DNA of 64,000 nucleotides. Origin: an uncultured delta proteobacterium (GTDB lineage Bacteria > Desulfobacterota > Desulfuromonadia > Geobacterales > DSM-12255). The translations under genes were made by a program, and so were the position numbers. The notes beneath the pieces are model-generated. The model was given only the letters and a program-made list of their open reading frames with translations, was not told where the DNA came from and did no database searches. The stretch covers positions 160,001-224,000 of the forward strand of contig CAWBBV010000012.1 of NCBI GenBank assembly GCA_963787125.1. Reading direction: 5' to 3'. Below, piece by piece: positions 51,079-59,330 of the stretch (position 1 is the stretch's first letter; the number at the start of each line of letters is the position of its first letter).

Positions 51079-51689
51079 GAAATTAGCACCCTTCTTCCCT
51101 CGACTTGCAGTCTTCCTTGAGCAAAGAGCTGGATTGCTGCCGGGTATAGCTTATGTTCTTCCAGATGAATCCTTTGTGACAGTGTTGCTTCGGTATCATT
51201 TTCAAGGACAGGGACAACTGCTTGAAGAATGATCGGGCCTGTATCTGTACCGGCGTCGACAAAATGAACGGTGCAGCCGGAAAGTTTTACGCCATATTCC
51301 AGAGCCTGCTTCTGGGCATCTAGACCAGGAAAAGCCGGGAGAAGCGCCGGATGGATGTTCATGACCCTGTTTGGAAATGCACCCAGAAGAACAGGTGTGA
51401 CAATGCGCATAAAACCGGCAAGGATTACCAGATCTACATTGTGTGCCTGCAGATTTTCGACAACTGCCGCATCATATTCGCTCCGGCCTGAAAATGAGCG
51501 ATGATCCATATACAGCGCTGCTATGCCCTGCTTCCTGGCGCGTTCCAGACCAAAAGCATCTGCCTTGTTACTAATAACACAAACTACCTCAGCCTGGAGT
51601 TCTCCCGTTGCAACAAGGTCAAGAATAGCCTGAAGGTTTGTGCCGTTGCCTGAGATAAGCACACCAAGTCTGGTTTTAGATCTGTTCAT
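51075..51689 (-). CDS. purN: Phosphoribosylglycinamide formyltransferase
   Basis: SGNGTNLQA, LAGFMR, NIHPALLP, GCTVHFVD. Confidence 0.97.
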   Translation of the reverse strand: MNRSKTRLGVLISGNGTNLQAILDLVATGELQAEVVCVISNKADAFGLERARKQGIAALYMDHRSFSGRSEYDAAVVENLQAHNVDLVILAGFMRIVTPVLLGAFPNRVMNIHPALLPAFPGLDAQKQALEYGVKLSGCTVHFVDAGTDTGPIILQAVVPVLENDTEATLSQRIHLEEHKLYPAAIQLFAQGRLQVEGRRVLIS

Positions 51690-51729
51690 TATTCACCGTT
51701 GAGTTAATAAAGGGAAACAGGTTTAGATA

Positions 51730-52776
51730 CTAAACCATTTCAACAACTTCTTTGCCATGTTCGCACTTGGCGACTTCACCGATGATATAAGCATTTTCGT
51801 TTAACCCTGAGAGCCTGATAAGGATGTCATCAGTCTGCTCTGCAGGTACTACGAGCACCATGCCGATACCGCAGTTGAGGGTGCGGTGCATCTCAGCCTC
51901 TTCAATATTGCCTGCGTGTTGCAGGATGTTAAAAATGGGCAGAAGTGGCCAGGTACCTTTGCGAACAATCGCCTTACAGCCATGGGGAAGAACGCGGGGA
52001 ATGTTCTCCAGAAGGCCGCCGCCGGTTATATGGGCAATACCGTTGATTTTGAAATCACGCAGAAGGTTCAGAATTGATTTGACATAAATTCTTGTCGGGG
52101 TAAGGAGCTCATCGGCTACTGTTTTACCTGTTTCTGCAAGGATACTGTCGATACCTAACCCCATCCGTTCGAAAATAACTTTTCTGGCGAGTGAGTAGCC
52201 GTTTGAATGCAGACCTGAGGAAGCAATCCCGATGAGGTTATTGCCAACAGTTATAGATGACCCGTCAATAAGATTGTCCCTCTCAACAACGCCGACAGTA
52301 AAACCGGCAATATCATATTCGCCTTCTGCATAAAACCCTGGCATTTCGGCAGTCTCACCGCCGATAAGTGCGCAACCGGCCTGAATACAGCCTTGAGCGA
52401 TCCCCTTTACTATATCTGCAGCTTTTGCTGGATCAAGTTTCCCTGTTGCCAGATAGTCGAGAAAGAAGAGCGGTTCTGCTCCCTGGACAATGATATCGTT
52501 GACACACATGGCAACAAGATCAATGCCGACAGTTTCATGGCGGTCTGCCATGAATGCCAGCTTCAATTTTGTGCCGACACCGTCAGTGCCGGAGACAAGA
52601 ACAGGGTTCTTGTATTTGGAACTGTTAAGGGAAAAAAGTCCACCAAAACCGCCAATGTCAGCCATGACTTCGGGACGGGAGGTAGCCTTGACAAAAGGCT
52701 TTATCATTTTCACGAAACTGTTGCCGGCATCAATGTCAACACCAGAATCCTTATAGGTAATGCGCTCTTCGCTCAA
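51730..52776 (-). CDS. purM: AIR synthetase
   Basis: [32 protein letters not shown] start after GGAGG. Confidence 0.97.
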   Translation of the reverse strand: MSEERITYKDSGVDIDAGNSFVKMIKPFVKATSRPEVMADIGGFGGLFSLNSSKYKNPVLVSGTDGVGTKLKLAFMADRHETVGIDLVAMCVNDIIVQGAEPLFFLDYLATGKLDPAKAADIVKGIAQGCIQAGCALIGGETAEMPGFYAEGEYDIAGFTVGVVERDNLIDGSSITVGNNLIGIASSGLHSNGYSLARKVIFERMGLGIDSILAETGKTVADELLTPTRIYVKSILNLLRDFKINGIAHITGGGLLENIPRVLPHGCKAIVRKGTWPLLPIFNILQHAGNIEEAEMHRTLNCGIGMVLVVPAEQTDDILIRLSGLNENAYIIGEVAKCEHGKEVVEMV

Positions 52777-52906
52777 AATCTGCCTCCTCTGAATTGACGG
52801 AAAAATATATGCCATTACACTATGAAAGTCAAATCATTCCAACCGCCACACTGACAACCATTAAGCAGTTTACTTGTGATCCGGCATCGCATATTATCCG
52901 GGGCAT

Positions 52907-53362
52907 ATGACTGCGATCTTAACTGAAATACTCATTTGCCCGATGACCCTGGAAGATATTGACCAGATTCTGGCAATAGAAAACAAGTCGTTTCCCCGCC
53001 CCTGGTTAAGGCAGCACTTCATCGACGAACTCAACTCTCCCCATGCATTTCCACTCTCAGCCTTCGACTCTTCAGGCAGGCTAATCGGCTATATCTGCCC
53101 AATGCAGCTCCTCGACGAAGGCCATATTCTTGATGTTGCCGTCGATCCCGACCTCCGTGGCAGCGGTGTTGGACGACTTCTGGTACAGCAGGTTATTGAT
53201 AATTGTCGCTCTGCCGGGGCTGAATTCGTCTCCCTGGAGGTGAGAGGTTCAAATCTGCCGGCCATATCCCTTTATAAAAAAATCGGTTTTATCGAAACAG
53301 GGAGAAGAAAACGCTACTACGAAAATGGTGAGGATGCGCTGATGATGGAATTCCTGCTTTAA
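52907..53362 (+). CDS. rimI: Ribosomal-protein-alanine N-acetyltransferase
   Basis: LEVRGSN, GRRKRYY, EDALMM. Confidence 0.9.
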   Translation: MTAILTEILICPMTLEDIDQILAIENKSFPRPWLRQHFIDELNSPHAFPLSAFDSSGRLIGYICPMQLLDEGHILDVAVDPDLRGSGVGRLLVQQVIDNCRSAGAEFVSLEVRGSNLPAISLYKKIGFIETGRRKRYYENGEDALMMEFLL

Positions 53363-53398
53363 CCTGCTGCGACTTTTATTAATAATGTTGCATGACTG

Positions 53399-53437
53399 AA
53401 AAAGCAAAGGCGACCAATCTGGCCGCCTTTGCTTTTT
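53399..53437. terminator. Bidirectional terminator
   Basis: AAAAAGCAAAGGCG...CGCCTTTGCTTTTT between convergent genes. Confidence 0.8.
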
Positions 53438-53444
53438 CCATGGT

Positions 53445-54440
53445 TTAAAATGAGCCTAGAATAGTTTTAGCGCCTTTGCCGTGAGCTTTCAGTTCGCTGG
53501 ACCAGAGCGACTCGTTCTCCTTCTCAATCAAATCAACTTTCACCACCCCGCCAGGTACACCTTTCACCCGCCACATGCGCACCTTGGCTTCCGAACCCAT
53601 AGAGGCAAACTCAAGCAAATCTGCGTTGAACTTCCCGGCCGGCACTGTAACTTCAACACCTCTTTTTGACACCGACCCTTCGATGGATTCAGGAGTCAAC
53701 TGCATAGGTGCTGAATACCACCCTTCTGATACCGGCACCTCTGCAGCTTTACCTTCACCACTTTTTTGGCGCATGCGTCTGATCGACTGGCGTTCGGCAC
53801 TGAACAGAACTTCAAAGGCCATGGCATCATCCTTGCGGTCGCTATTCATGCGAATCTGCCACCATTCCTGCTTGTTATCGAGCTTGGCAAGGAAAGCCTT
53901 GCGCATGGTCATTTCATTTCGCTTGTCAGTGTGGAAGTCCCATTCTGTCCATTCACCAGGCTTGTAGGGAACAAGATCCATATTGTAGCCGTAGGCAGTG
54001 AACATTGACTGAAATATCATTGGATAGAGTGCTGTCATATACATCCCAGTTAGTTGTCCGCCGATATTAATATTGCTACTAACATTGACATTGGCGCTCA
54101 TTTCCACTGGTTTTCCCAACCTTGCGGGTAATGTTTTACCGGTATCAAGGGGCATGGTAACGCTGAAGCTTGCCGGCGTACGGTTTTGTGCCATGACGGT
54201 GATCATATGCACCCCGAGACTACCGAATTTAAGGGACGCGTTTCCATCTGTACCGGTCGTTGTTCTTTGTCCATCCGAAGATTCCACAATAGCTCCTGCA
54301 ATCGGCGCATTAACCTCATCCGTTACCTGCACGGTAACGCCGAAAAGTGGGATTGATGTAAGAGTTGAACAGGATGCAAGGAACATCACGGCATAAATTA
54401 ATACAAGAACCTTCAAAAATGATTGGCGTCTCTCCTTCAT
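53445..54440 (-). CDS. Hypothetical lipoprotein (carboxypeptidase-regulatory-like N-domain, VTVPAG C-domain)
   Basis: Lipobox LASC; PIAGAIV...TTGTDG; VTVPAGKF. Confidence 0.7.
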   Translation of the reverse strand: MKERRQSFLKVLVLIYAVMFLASCSTLTSIPLFGVTVQVTDEVNAPIAGAIVESSDGQRTTTGTDGNASLKFGSLGVHMITVMAQNRTPASFSVTMPLDTGKTLPARLGKPVEMSANVNVSSNINIGGQLTGMYMTALYPMIFQSMFTAYGYNMDLVPYKPGEWTEWDFHTDKRNEMTMRKAFLAKLDNKQEWWQIRMNSDRKDDAMAFEVLFSAERQSIRRMRQKSGEGKAAEVPVSEGWYSAPMQLTPESIEGSVSKRGVEVTVPAGKFNADLLEFASMGSEAKVRMWRVKGVPGGVVKVDLIEKENESLWSSELKAHGKGAKTILGSF

Positions 54441-54728
54441 AGTTGATACCCCCTTAGTCTGAACTATCTGAGCTGATAGCTTGGTAACTGGCGTAATAAA
54501 AGTACGGCTGCTTTCACTACATCTCTTCATATAGCTATTATTTAATGATGATTCTTTGCGAACTATATAAGATTGGATTTCAATTTACAAGTGAGATTTT
54601 GAAACTGACTAACATGGTTTTATCATATTTTTTAAGCGTAAATACAGTGACTTACAGATGCCGTTGCTTTTGAAGCAGCACTCTGTTATATAAAAACGTC
54701 AAGCAATATCGATAAGGAGATCTCTTCC

Positions 54729-55544
54729 ATGCAGTTTCAATCACAAGTTCTCACAAACATAGAGGTTTCACCAGGCTATTTCAGGATGCGGATGACAGCT
54801 CCTCCAGCTGTTCTGAGTGCTTCAGCCGGGCAGTTTGTCATGGTCAAGGTCAGTAAGGCTATTGACCCGCTGCTGCGCCGCCCGTTCGGAATTTACGATA
54901 TGGGGACGTTCATCACTCCCTATACTGATAGTGGCCGGCAGACTTTTCTGGAGATTCTTTATAAAATAGTAGGTCGTGGTACCGGAATGCTCGCCGACCT
55001 TCATCAAGGTGACTATCTTGATATCATAGCTCCACTCGGTAAGGGTTTTTATCTCGGCGAAGATGAGGAAGAGAAAATTCTTATTGGTGGTGGTGTCGGC
55101 CTTGCGCCCCTCTATTTGCTGGCAAAAGAGCTTATAAAGGGGCAAAAAGTGCGCCTCTTTGCCGGGGGGAGGAGTAAGGAGGATGTTCTCTGCATTACCG
55201 AATTCGAGCGACTTGGTGTTGAAACCTATGTGGCAACGGACGATGGAACTTTAGGCGACAGGGGTCTTGTAACCCAGGTCATGATGAAGCACCTTGCAGA
55301 TGGAAATAAACCGAAGAGACTTTTTGCCTGCGGACCAATGCCGATGTTGCGTGCGGTAGCTGGAGTCGCCGAGGAAATGCAGGTCCCCTGTCAGGTTTCA
55401 CTGGAAGCTTTCATGGCCTGTGGTATGGGCGCCTGTCTTGGATGTGTTGTCAAAGGGGTCAATCATTCGATTGAAACGCCGGATTATCGCTGTGTCTGTA
55501 AGGATGGGCCGGTATTCGATTCAACTGATCTTTCCTGGGACTAA
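54729..55544 (+). CDS. pyrK: Dihydroorotate dehydrogenase electron transfer subunit
   Basis: LLRRPF, GGGVGLAP, CGPMPML, MACGMGACLGC...CKDGPVF. Confidence 0.95.
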   Translation: MQFQSQVLTNIEVSPGYFRMRMTAPPAVLSASAGQFVMVKVSKAIDPLLRRPFGIYDMGTFITPYTDSGRQTFLEILYKIVGRGTGMLADLHQGDYLDIIAPLGKGFYLGEDEEEKILIGGGVGLAPLYLLAKELIKGQKVRLFAGGRSKEDVLCITEFERLGVETYVATDDGTLGDRGLVTQVMMKHLADGNKPKRLFACGPMPMLRAVAGVAEEMQVPCQVSLEAFMACGMGACLGCVVKGVNHSIETPDYRCVCKDGPVFDSTDLSWD

Positions 55545-55581
55545 CTATAAATTGAATAAACCGTAGTAAGTGGAGTCAGAG

Positions 55582-56499
55582 ATGATAAAACCTGATATGT
55601 CAGTTGAAATAGCCGGAATAAAGATGCGCAATCCTGTCATGACCGCTTCCGGGACTTTTGGCTATGGAGAGGAGTTTGCAGAGTACATGGATCTGGAGTC
55701 AATTGGCGCCATGATAACCAAGGGCCTGTCACTTAAGCCGAAGGCCGGCAACAATACCCCGCGGATAGTCGAGACACCCGGCGGGATGTTGAATGCAATA
55801 GGCCTGCAAAATGTCGGCATAGAAGCATTTATAGCGAAAAAACTCCCTTTTCTGCGGGATGTAAAGACCCCGGTTATTGTCAATCTTTACGGTAACTCTC
55901 TGGAAGAGTACGGTGAACTGGCTGCCAGGATCGACGGTATCAATGAAGTGGCCGGGGTTGAGGTTAATATCTCCTGCCCGAATGTCAAACAGGGCGGAAT
56001 AGTTTTTGGCACAGACCCGTCTGCAGCTTCTCAGGTAGTGGCGCTTGTCAGAAAATCAACTTCAAAACCGCTGATAGTAAAGCTCTCACCGAACGTCACT
56101 GATATTGTCGTAATGGCAAAAGCCTGTGTTGATGCCGGAGCAGAAGCCCTCTCACTCATCAATACTCTTACTGGCATGGCGATTGACCTCAATTCCAGGC
56201 GGCCGGTTCTGGCAAACATCACCGGCGGGCTTTCCGGCCCGGCTATAAAACCTGTGGCACTGCGGATGGTCTGGCAGGTCGCCAGGGCGGTTAAAGTCCC
56301 TGTTATCGGCATAGGCGGAATAATGACAGCGACAGATGCTCTGGAATTCATCCTTGCGGGAGCAACAGCTGTGCAGGTGGGCACTGCCAACTTCCTGACC
56401 CCGGCGGCGTCTCAAGAGATAGCTGTCGGCATGGAAAAGTGGCTGGTTGAAAACAGGATAGGGAGTCTGAAGGAGCTGGTAGGAGCAGTCAAGTGCTGA
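55582..56499 (+). CDS. pyrD: Dihydroorotate dehydrogenase (class 1B)
   Basis: [30 protein letters not shown]. Confidence 0.96.
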   Translation: MIKPDMSVEIAGIKMRNPVMTASGTFGYGEEFAEYMDLESIGAMITKGLSLKPKAGNNTPRIVETPGGMLNAIGLQNVGIEAFIAKKLPFLRDVKTPVIVNLYGNSLEEYGELAARIDGINEVAGVEVNISCPNVKQGGIVFGTDPSAASQVVALVRKSTSKPLIVKLSPNVTDIVVMAKACVDAGAEALSLINTLTGMAIDLNSRRPVLANITGGLSGPAIKPVALRMVWQVARAVKVPVIGIGGIMTATDALEFILAGATAVQVGTANFLTPAASQEIAVGMEKWLVENRIGSLKELVGAVKC

Positions 56500-56540
56500 C
56501 CGTCCTGAATTAAAACCGATTAAATCCATAAAAACCAGTC

Positions 56541-56569
56541 GGGTAGCTTCTTTTGAAGCTGCCTTTTTT
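56541..56569 (+). terminator. pyrKD terminator
   Basis: GGGTAGCTTC-TTTT-GAAGCTGCCT followed by T run. Confidence 0.8.
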
Positions 56570-57012
56570 ATTGTCGGGGTTGAGGATCATTCGATCATGC
56601 GCGATTCATTCACTACTCATCGGCAAACCAGAGCCGCTAAAATACCTTTCATCCGGCACTTGGTCGAATTCACCTCAGGTCTGAAAGCCTGCAACTTAAA
56701 GATCTTTCTTTAACGACCTTCTTGCAGTCTTTCAAGCCTGACCTCATATGCTGTTCTTTATGCTTGACCTATCGATAACAAACGTATTAACCGTATTGTT
56801 ACCATCTGTATTGTTATTATAAACGAGGAAATGCGGGACAGATTTATTTTCCAACAACCCTGGACACCCGGCTTCCTTGCTCAATCCTCTGTCCAAGCCT
56901 TGCTGACCACGTTGCTTATATTTCAAACCATGTAAGCGCAAAGTTATTTGCAAACAGGGTCTTTATCGGCAATAATGACGACCTTGAAATTCTCTATCAT
57001 AAAGGGACGCGT

Positions 57013-57327
57013 ATGAAAATGTTCTTGGTAATTTTAGCGGTAGTGACGGTATTCGCATCCGGGTTAGCACAGGGAGCCGCGGTTTCGGGCAAAGAGCTGT
57101 TCGAAAGACATTGTTCCCGCTGTCATCCAGACGGCGGAAACATTATCGTGTCTGACAAGACTCTGCACAAAAAAGACCTGGACCGGCGAGGAATAACAGA
57201 TGCCTCAAAGGTCATGGCAGCGATGCAAAACGGCATTGATCAGAAAATGCCGGCATTCGAGACAAATGTTATTTCCAAAAAAGATGGCAAGGCTATAGCC
57301 GAGTACATTCTCGAAACCTTCAAGTAA
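57013..57327 (+). CDS. Monoheme cytochrome c6-like protein
   Basis: Signal peptide, CSRCH-PDGGN, KTL, MPAF. Confidence 0.88.
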   Translation: MKMFLVILAVVTVFASGLAQGAAVSGKELFERHCSRCHPDGGNIIVSDKTLHKKDLDRRGITDASKVMAAMQNGIDQKMPAFETNVISKKDGKAIAEYILETFK

Positions 57328-57542
57328 TTGGTTGCCCCACAGTAAGCCTTGCCCGTTCGTGATAACTCGGTTATAGCGGTATCGCTGTGATTATTATTGC
57401 AAGTGGCTTATATAGAGATATTTCACGCACTGAAATCGCTGTTCGGTATCCCATTTATTCACTATTCAGTATCTTTTCCGTTAGTTCACTGTCGCACTTG
57501 ATGGCACCAAATATAGCCTGCCAGGAAAAAATCTGAGGGCTT

Positions 57543-57653
57543 AAATTCCGGGGACATAAATTCCGGGGACACCAAAATTCCGGGGACACCATACTTAATT
57601 CTCATTCCCTTTCAAAATTCCGGGGACACCATACTTAATTCTCATTCCCTTTC
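57543..57653 (+). repeat. Ladder of end copies (14, 17, 39 nt, then full end)
   Basis: AAATTCCGGGGACA starts at 57543, 57558, 57575 and 57615. Confidence 0.92.
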
Positions 57654-58297
57654 GGTCCCGGCTTCCCCCGTCTCAAGGGCCGCTCAAGTGTCGTTTCCAG
57701 CTTTTCGATAAAACTCTCCCGGCCTAGCGGTCGACCGGTTCGCTCATGCTTACGGATGTCATCGATCAGGGATTCTTGTCCCGCTCCGTTGAGAAATAAC
57801 CGCCAGTCCCCGGCCATCTCCAAAAGGGGCGCTACCGTGACCAGTTCATCATCGCTTCCGGCCAGGTGTGCCCCGGCGCTGCTCCAAGGCCACTCAGCGG
57901 CGTCCTGCGCGAGTCCGGCGGCTATTGGATTCATCTCCACATAGCGGGCAGCAGCCAGAAGGTAATCTTCATCCATGGGAAATGATGCAAACCTGCCCTG
58001 CCAGAGATGGCCTCGCCAATTTTCACGGAAATTGATCAGTCGACTGTAGCGCCGGTGTGCCTCCCCGATACCACGGCGCAGGCTCTCCTCGCTTTCCGGA
58101 ACCGCAATAAGGTGGACATGGTTTGGCATCAGGCAGTAAGCCCAGATCGTTACACCGCACTTCCTGCACCAATCTCTCAGCAGGGCGAGATAGGCCATGT
58201 AGTCTTCATCGCTGAAGAAGGTCTGCATTCTCCGGTTGCCCCGCTGGGTAACATGGTGTGGGATGCCGGAGGCTATGACACGTGCGATTCTAGCCAT
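57635..58297 (-). CDS. Y1 HUH transposase (REP-associated tyrosine transposase-like)
   Basis: HHVTQRGNRR, AYCLMPNHVHL (HUH), GHLWQGRF, RYVEMNP, WPWSS. Confidence 0.93.
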   Translation of the reverse strand: MARIARVIASGIPHHVTQRGNRRMQTFFSDEDYMAYLALLRDWCRKCGVTIWAYCLMPNHVHLIAVPESEESLRRGIGEAHRRYSRLINFRENWRGHLWQGRFASFPMDEDYLLAAARYVEMNPIAAGLAQDAAEWPWSSAGAHLAGSDDELVTVAPLLEMAGDWRLFLNGAGQESLIDDIRKHERTGRPLGRESFIEKLETTLERPLRRGKPGPKGNEN

Positions 58298-58303
58298 GTG
58301 CGG

Positions 58304-58332
58304 ACGCTAATGGAAGTGTCTTCACAAGTCAA
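58304..58332 (-). promoter_or_regulatory. Internal promoter of the Y1 gene (leaderless)
   Basis: TTGACT-17 nt-TAGCGT-6 nt-ATG; no Shine-Dalgarno. Confidence 0.6.
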
Positions 58333-58371
58333 GCTATAATTAAGTATGGTGTCCCCTGAATTATGAATTAT

Positions 58372-58660
58372 GCATCCCATATACCCGCCGCATTTACAGC
58401 CATACCCTCTGGATGGTTTAGGGCTTTGAAGTTACGTGCCTTCTCGCCCGGATATGACTGCCTCTTATGCGATTTCTGTTCGTCGGGCCGGGACTTTGCC
58501 TGCGGCTTCCTTCAGATTCCGCCTCGCGACGGACACCCTTGCCGTCCGGCTAATGGTTCCCACCATCAGGGTCCATAGAGGACTTGCACCTCCAAGTCAC
58601 TGCTTGACCACCACAGTCAAACAGATGGCGCTTACGCGCCACGCGCCATGCTGGGCGCAC
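58372..58660 (-). ncRNA. Group IIC intron, 5' fragment (domain I), truncated
   Basis: Starts GTGCGCCCAGCATGG; contains GCAAGGGTGTCC...GGAATCTGAAGGAAGC typical of class C introns; no RT ORF. Confidence 0.88.
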
Positions 58661-58710
58661 ACGGGCCAAGGGTTCACCTGCTCTGGCAGGTGTAACCCGT
58701 TTGGTTATAC
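58661..58710 (-). other. attC-like site interrupted by the intron
   Basis: GTATAAC-CAAAC-GGGTT(A)CACCTG-loop-CAGGTG-AACCC-TTGGCCC-GT|intron. Confidence 0.7.
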
Positions 58711-59172
58711 AACATCGCTGTAATATCTAAATTTAAGATCGGGGCAACCGTTATGACAAGAAAGTCCGGTATATCTACCAACTGGAATATCAAATTGTTG
58801 GAGTGTAGATTTCTTTTGGTTATCGAAACAATTACAACAAAGCTTATGAGCATTCTGCAACTTACCCACATAGTCATTAGCAATATAAGCAAAAACACCA
58901 GAAGCTATTTCTTTTCTAGTATATTGTTGTCGCTCGGCTCCCCAATCTTTCAGTTTCACACATTCTTGTTTAAGTTCTTCAATTTGTTGTTTCAGCGCCG
59001 TTTGCTCGTTTTGGGCCATCATGATCTGGCTTTGCGCGTCAATGATAGCTTTATTGAAATCAATCAACGTCTCTTGAGCCTTAGCAAAATCTCTGATATC
59101 AAGAAGCGTTTTTCCAAGGCCCATAGCGGTATTCAGGCTAGTTAATGCGAGGTTGAAATATGGGACAACCAT
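58705..59172 (-). CDS. Cassette-borne hypothetical protein (coiled coil + Cys-rich zinc-ribbon-like end)
   Basis: GAGGAGG RBS; stop codon overlaps GTATAAC; CCNC...C motif. Confidence 0.8.
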   Translation of the reverse strand: MVVPYFNLALTSLNTAMGLGKTLLDIRDFAKAQETLIDFNKAIIDAQSQIMMAQNEQTALKQQIEELKQECVKLKDWGAERQQYTRKEIASGVFAYIANDYVGKLQNAHKLCCNCFDNQKKSTLQQFDIPVGRYTGLSCHNGCPDLKFRYYSDVV

Positions 59173-59206
59173 TTTGATGCCTCCTCATTTTCTTAATTCT
59201 TGATTT

Positions 59207-59267
59207 GTATAACGGTGGTGAGGCTGACCCCCGACCGTAGGAAGTGGGGTCGTGCCGAGAGTTGGAA
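59207..59267 (-). other. Second attC-like site
   Basis: TTCCAAC...GGCAC-GACCCC-loop-GGGGTC-AGCC...C-GTTATAC; its GTTATAC is the exact complement of GTATAAC at the cassette end. Confidence 0.6.
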
Positions 59268-59330
59268 CATCTCTTCCAAAATATGTCCCATGTCAGAGTC
59301 TGTCCCTCTGTTTTTACTTGTACTGCTCTT

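Larger units (their letters stand above)
57543..58369 (-). mobile_element. TIR-bounded Y1 (RAYT-like) element with tandem truncated end copies
   Basis: AATTCCGGGGACACCATACTTAATT (57616-57640) vs inverted AATTAAGTATGGTGTCCCCTGAATT (58338-58362), 24/25 identical. Confidence 0.85.

Noticed and set aside
56590..56670. Cyclic dinucleotide (GEMM) riboswitch suggested by GGCAAACC
   Set aside because: The following P2 hairpin and GxAAAGCC elements are not present
57543..57653. CRISPR array
   Set aside because: Repeats are adjacent with no unique spacers, vary in length, are copies of the element end, and no cas genes are present
8549..58660. The two intron fragments as halves of one intron
   Set aside because: They are 50 kb apart with core genes between, the 3' piece is degenerate, and the RT ORF is absent
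58363..58723. Short plus-strand ORFs (71 and 95 aa)
   Set aside because: Antisense readings of intron RNA sequence
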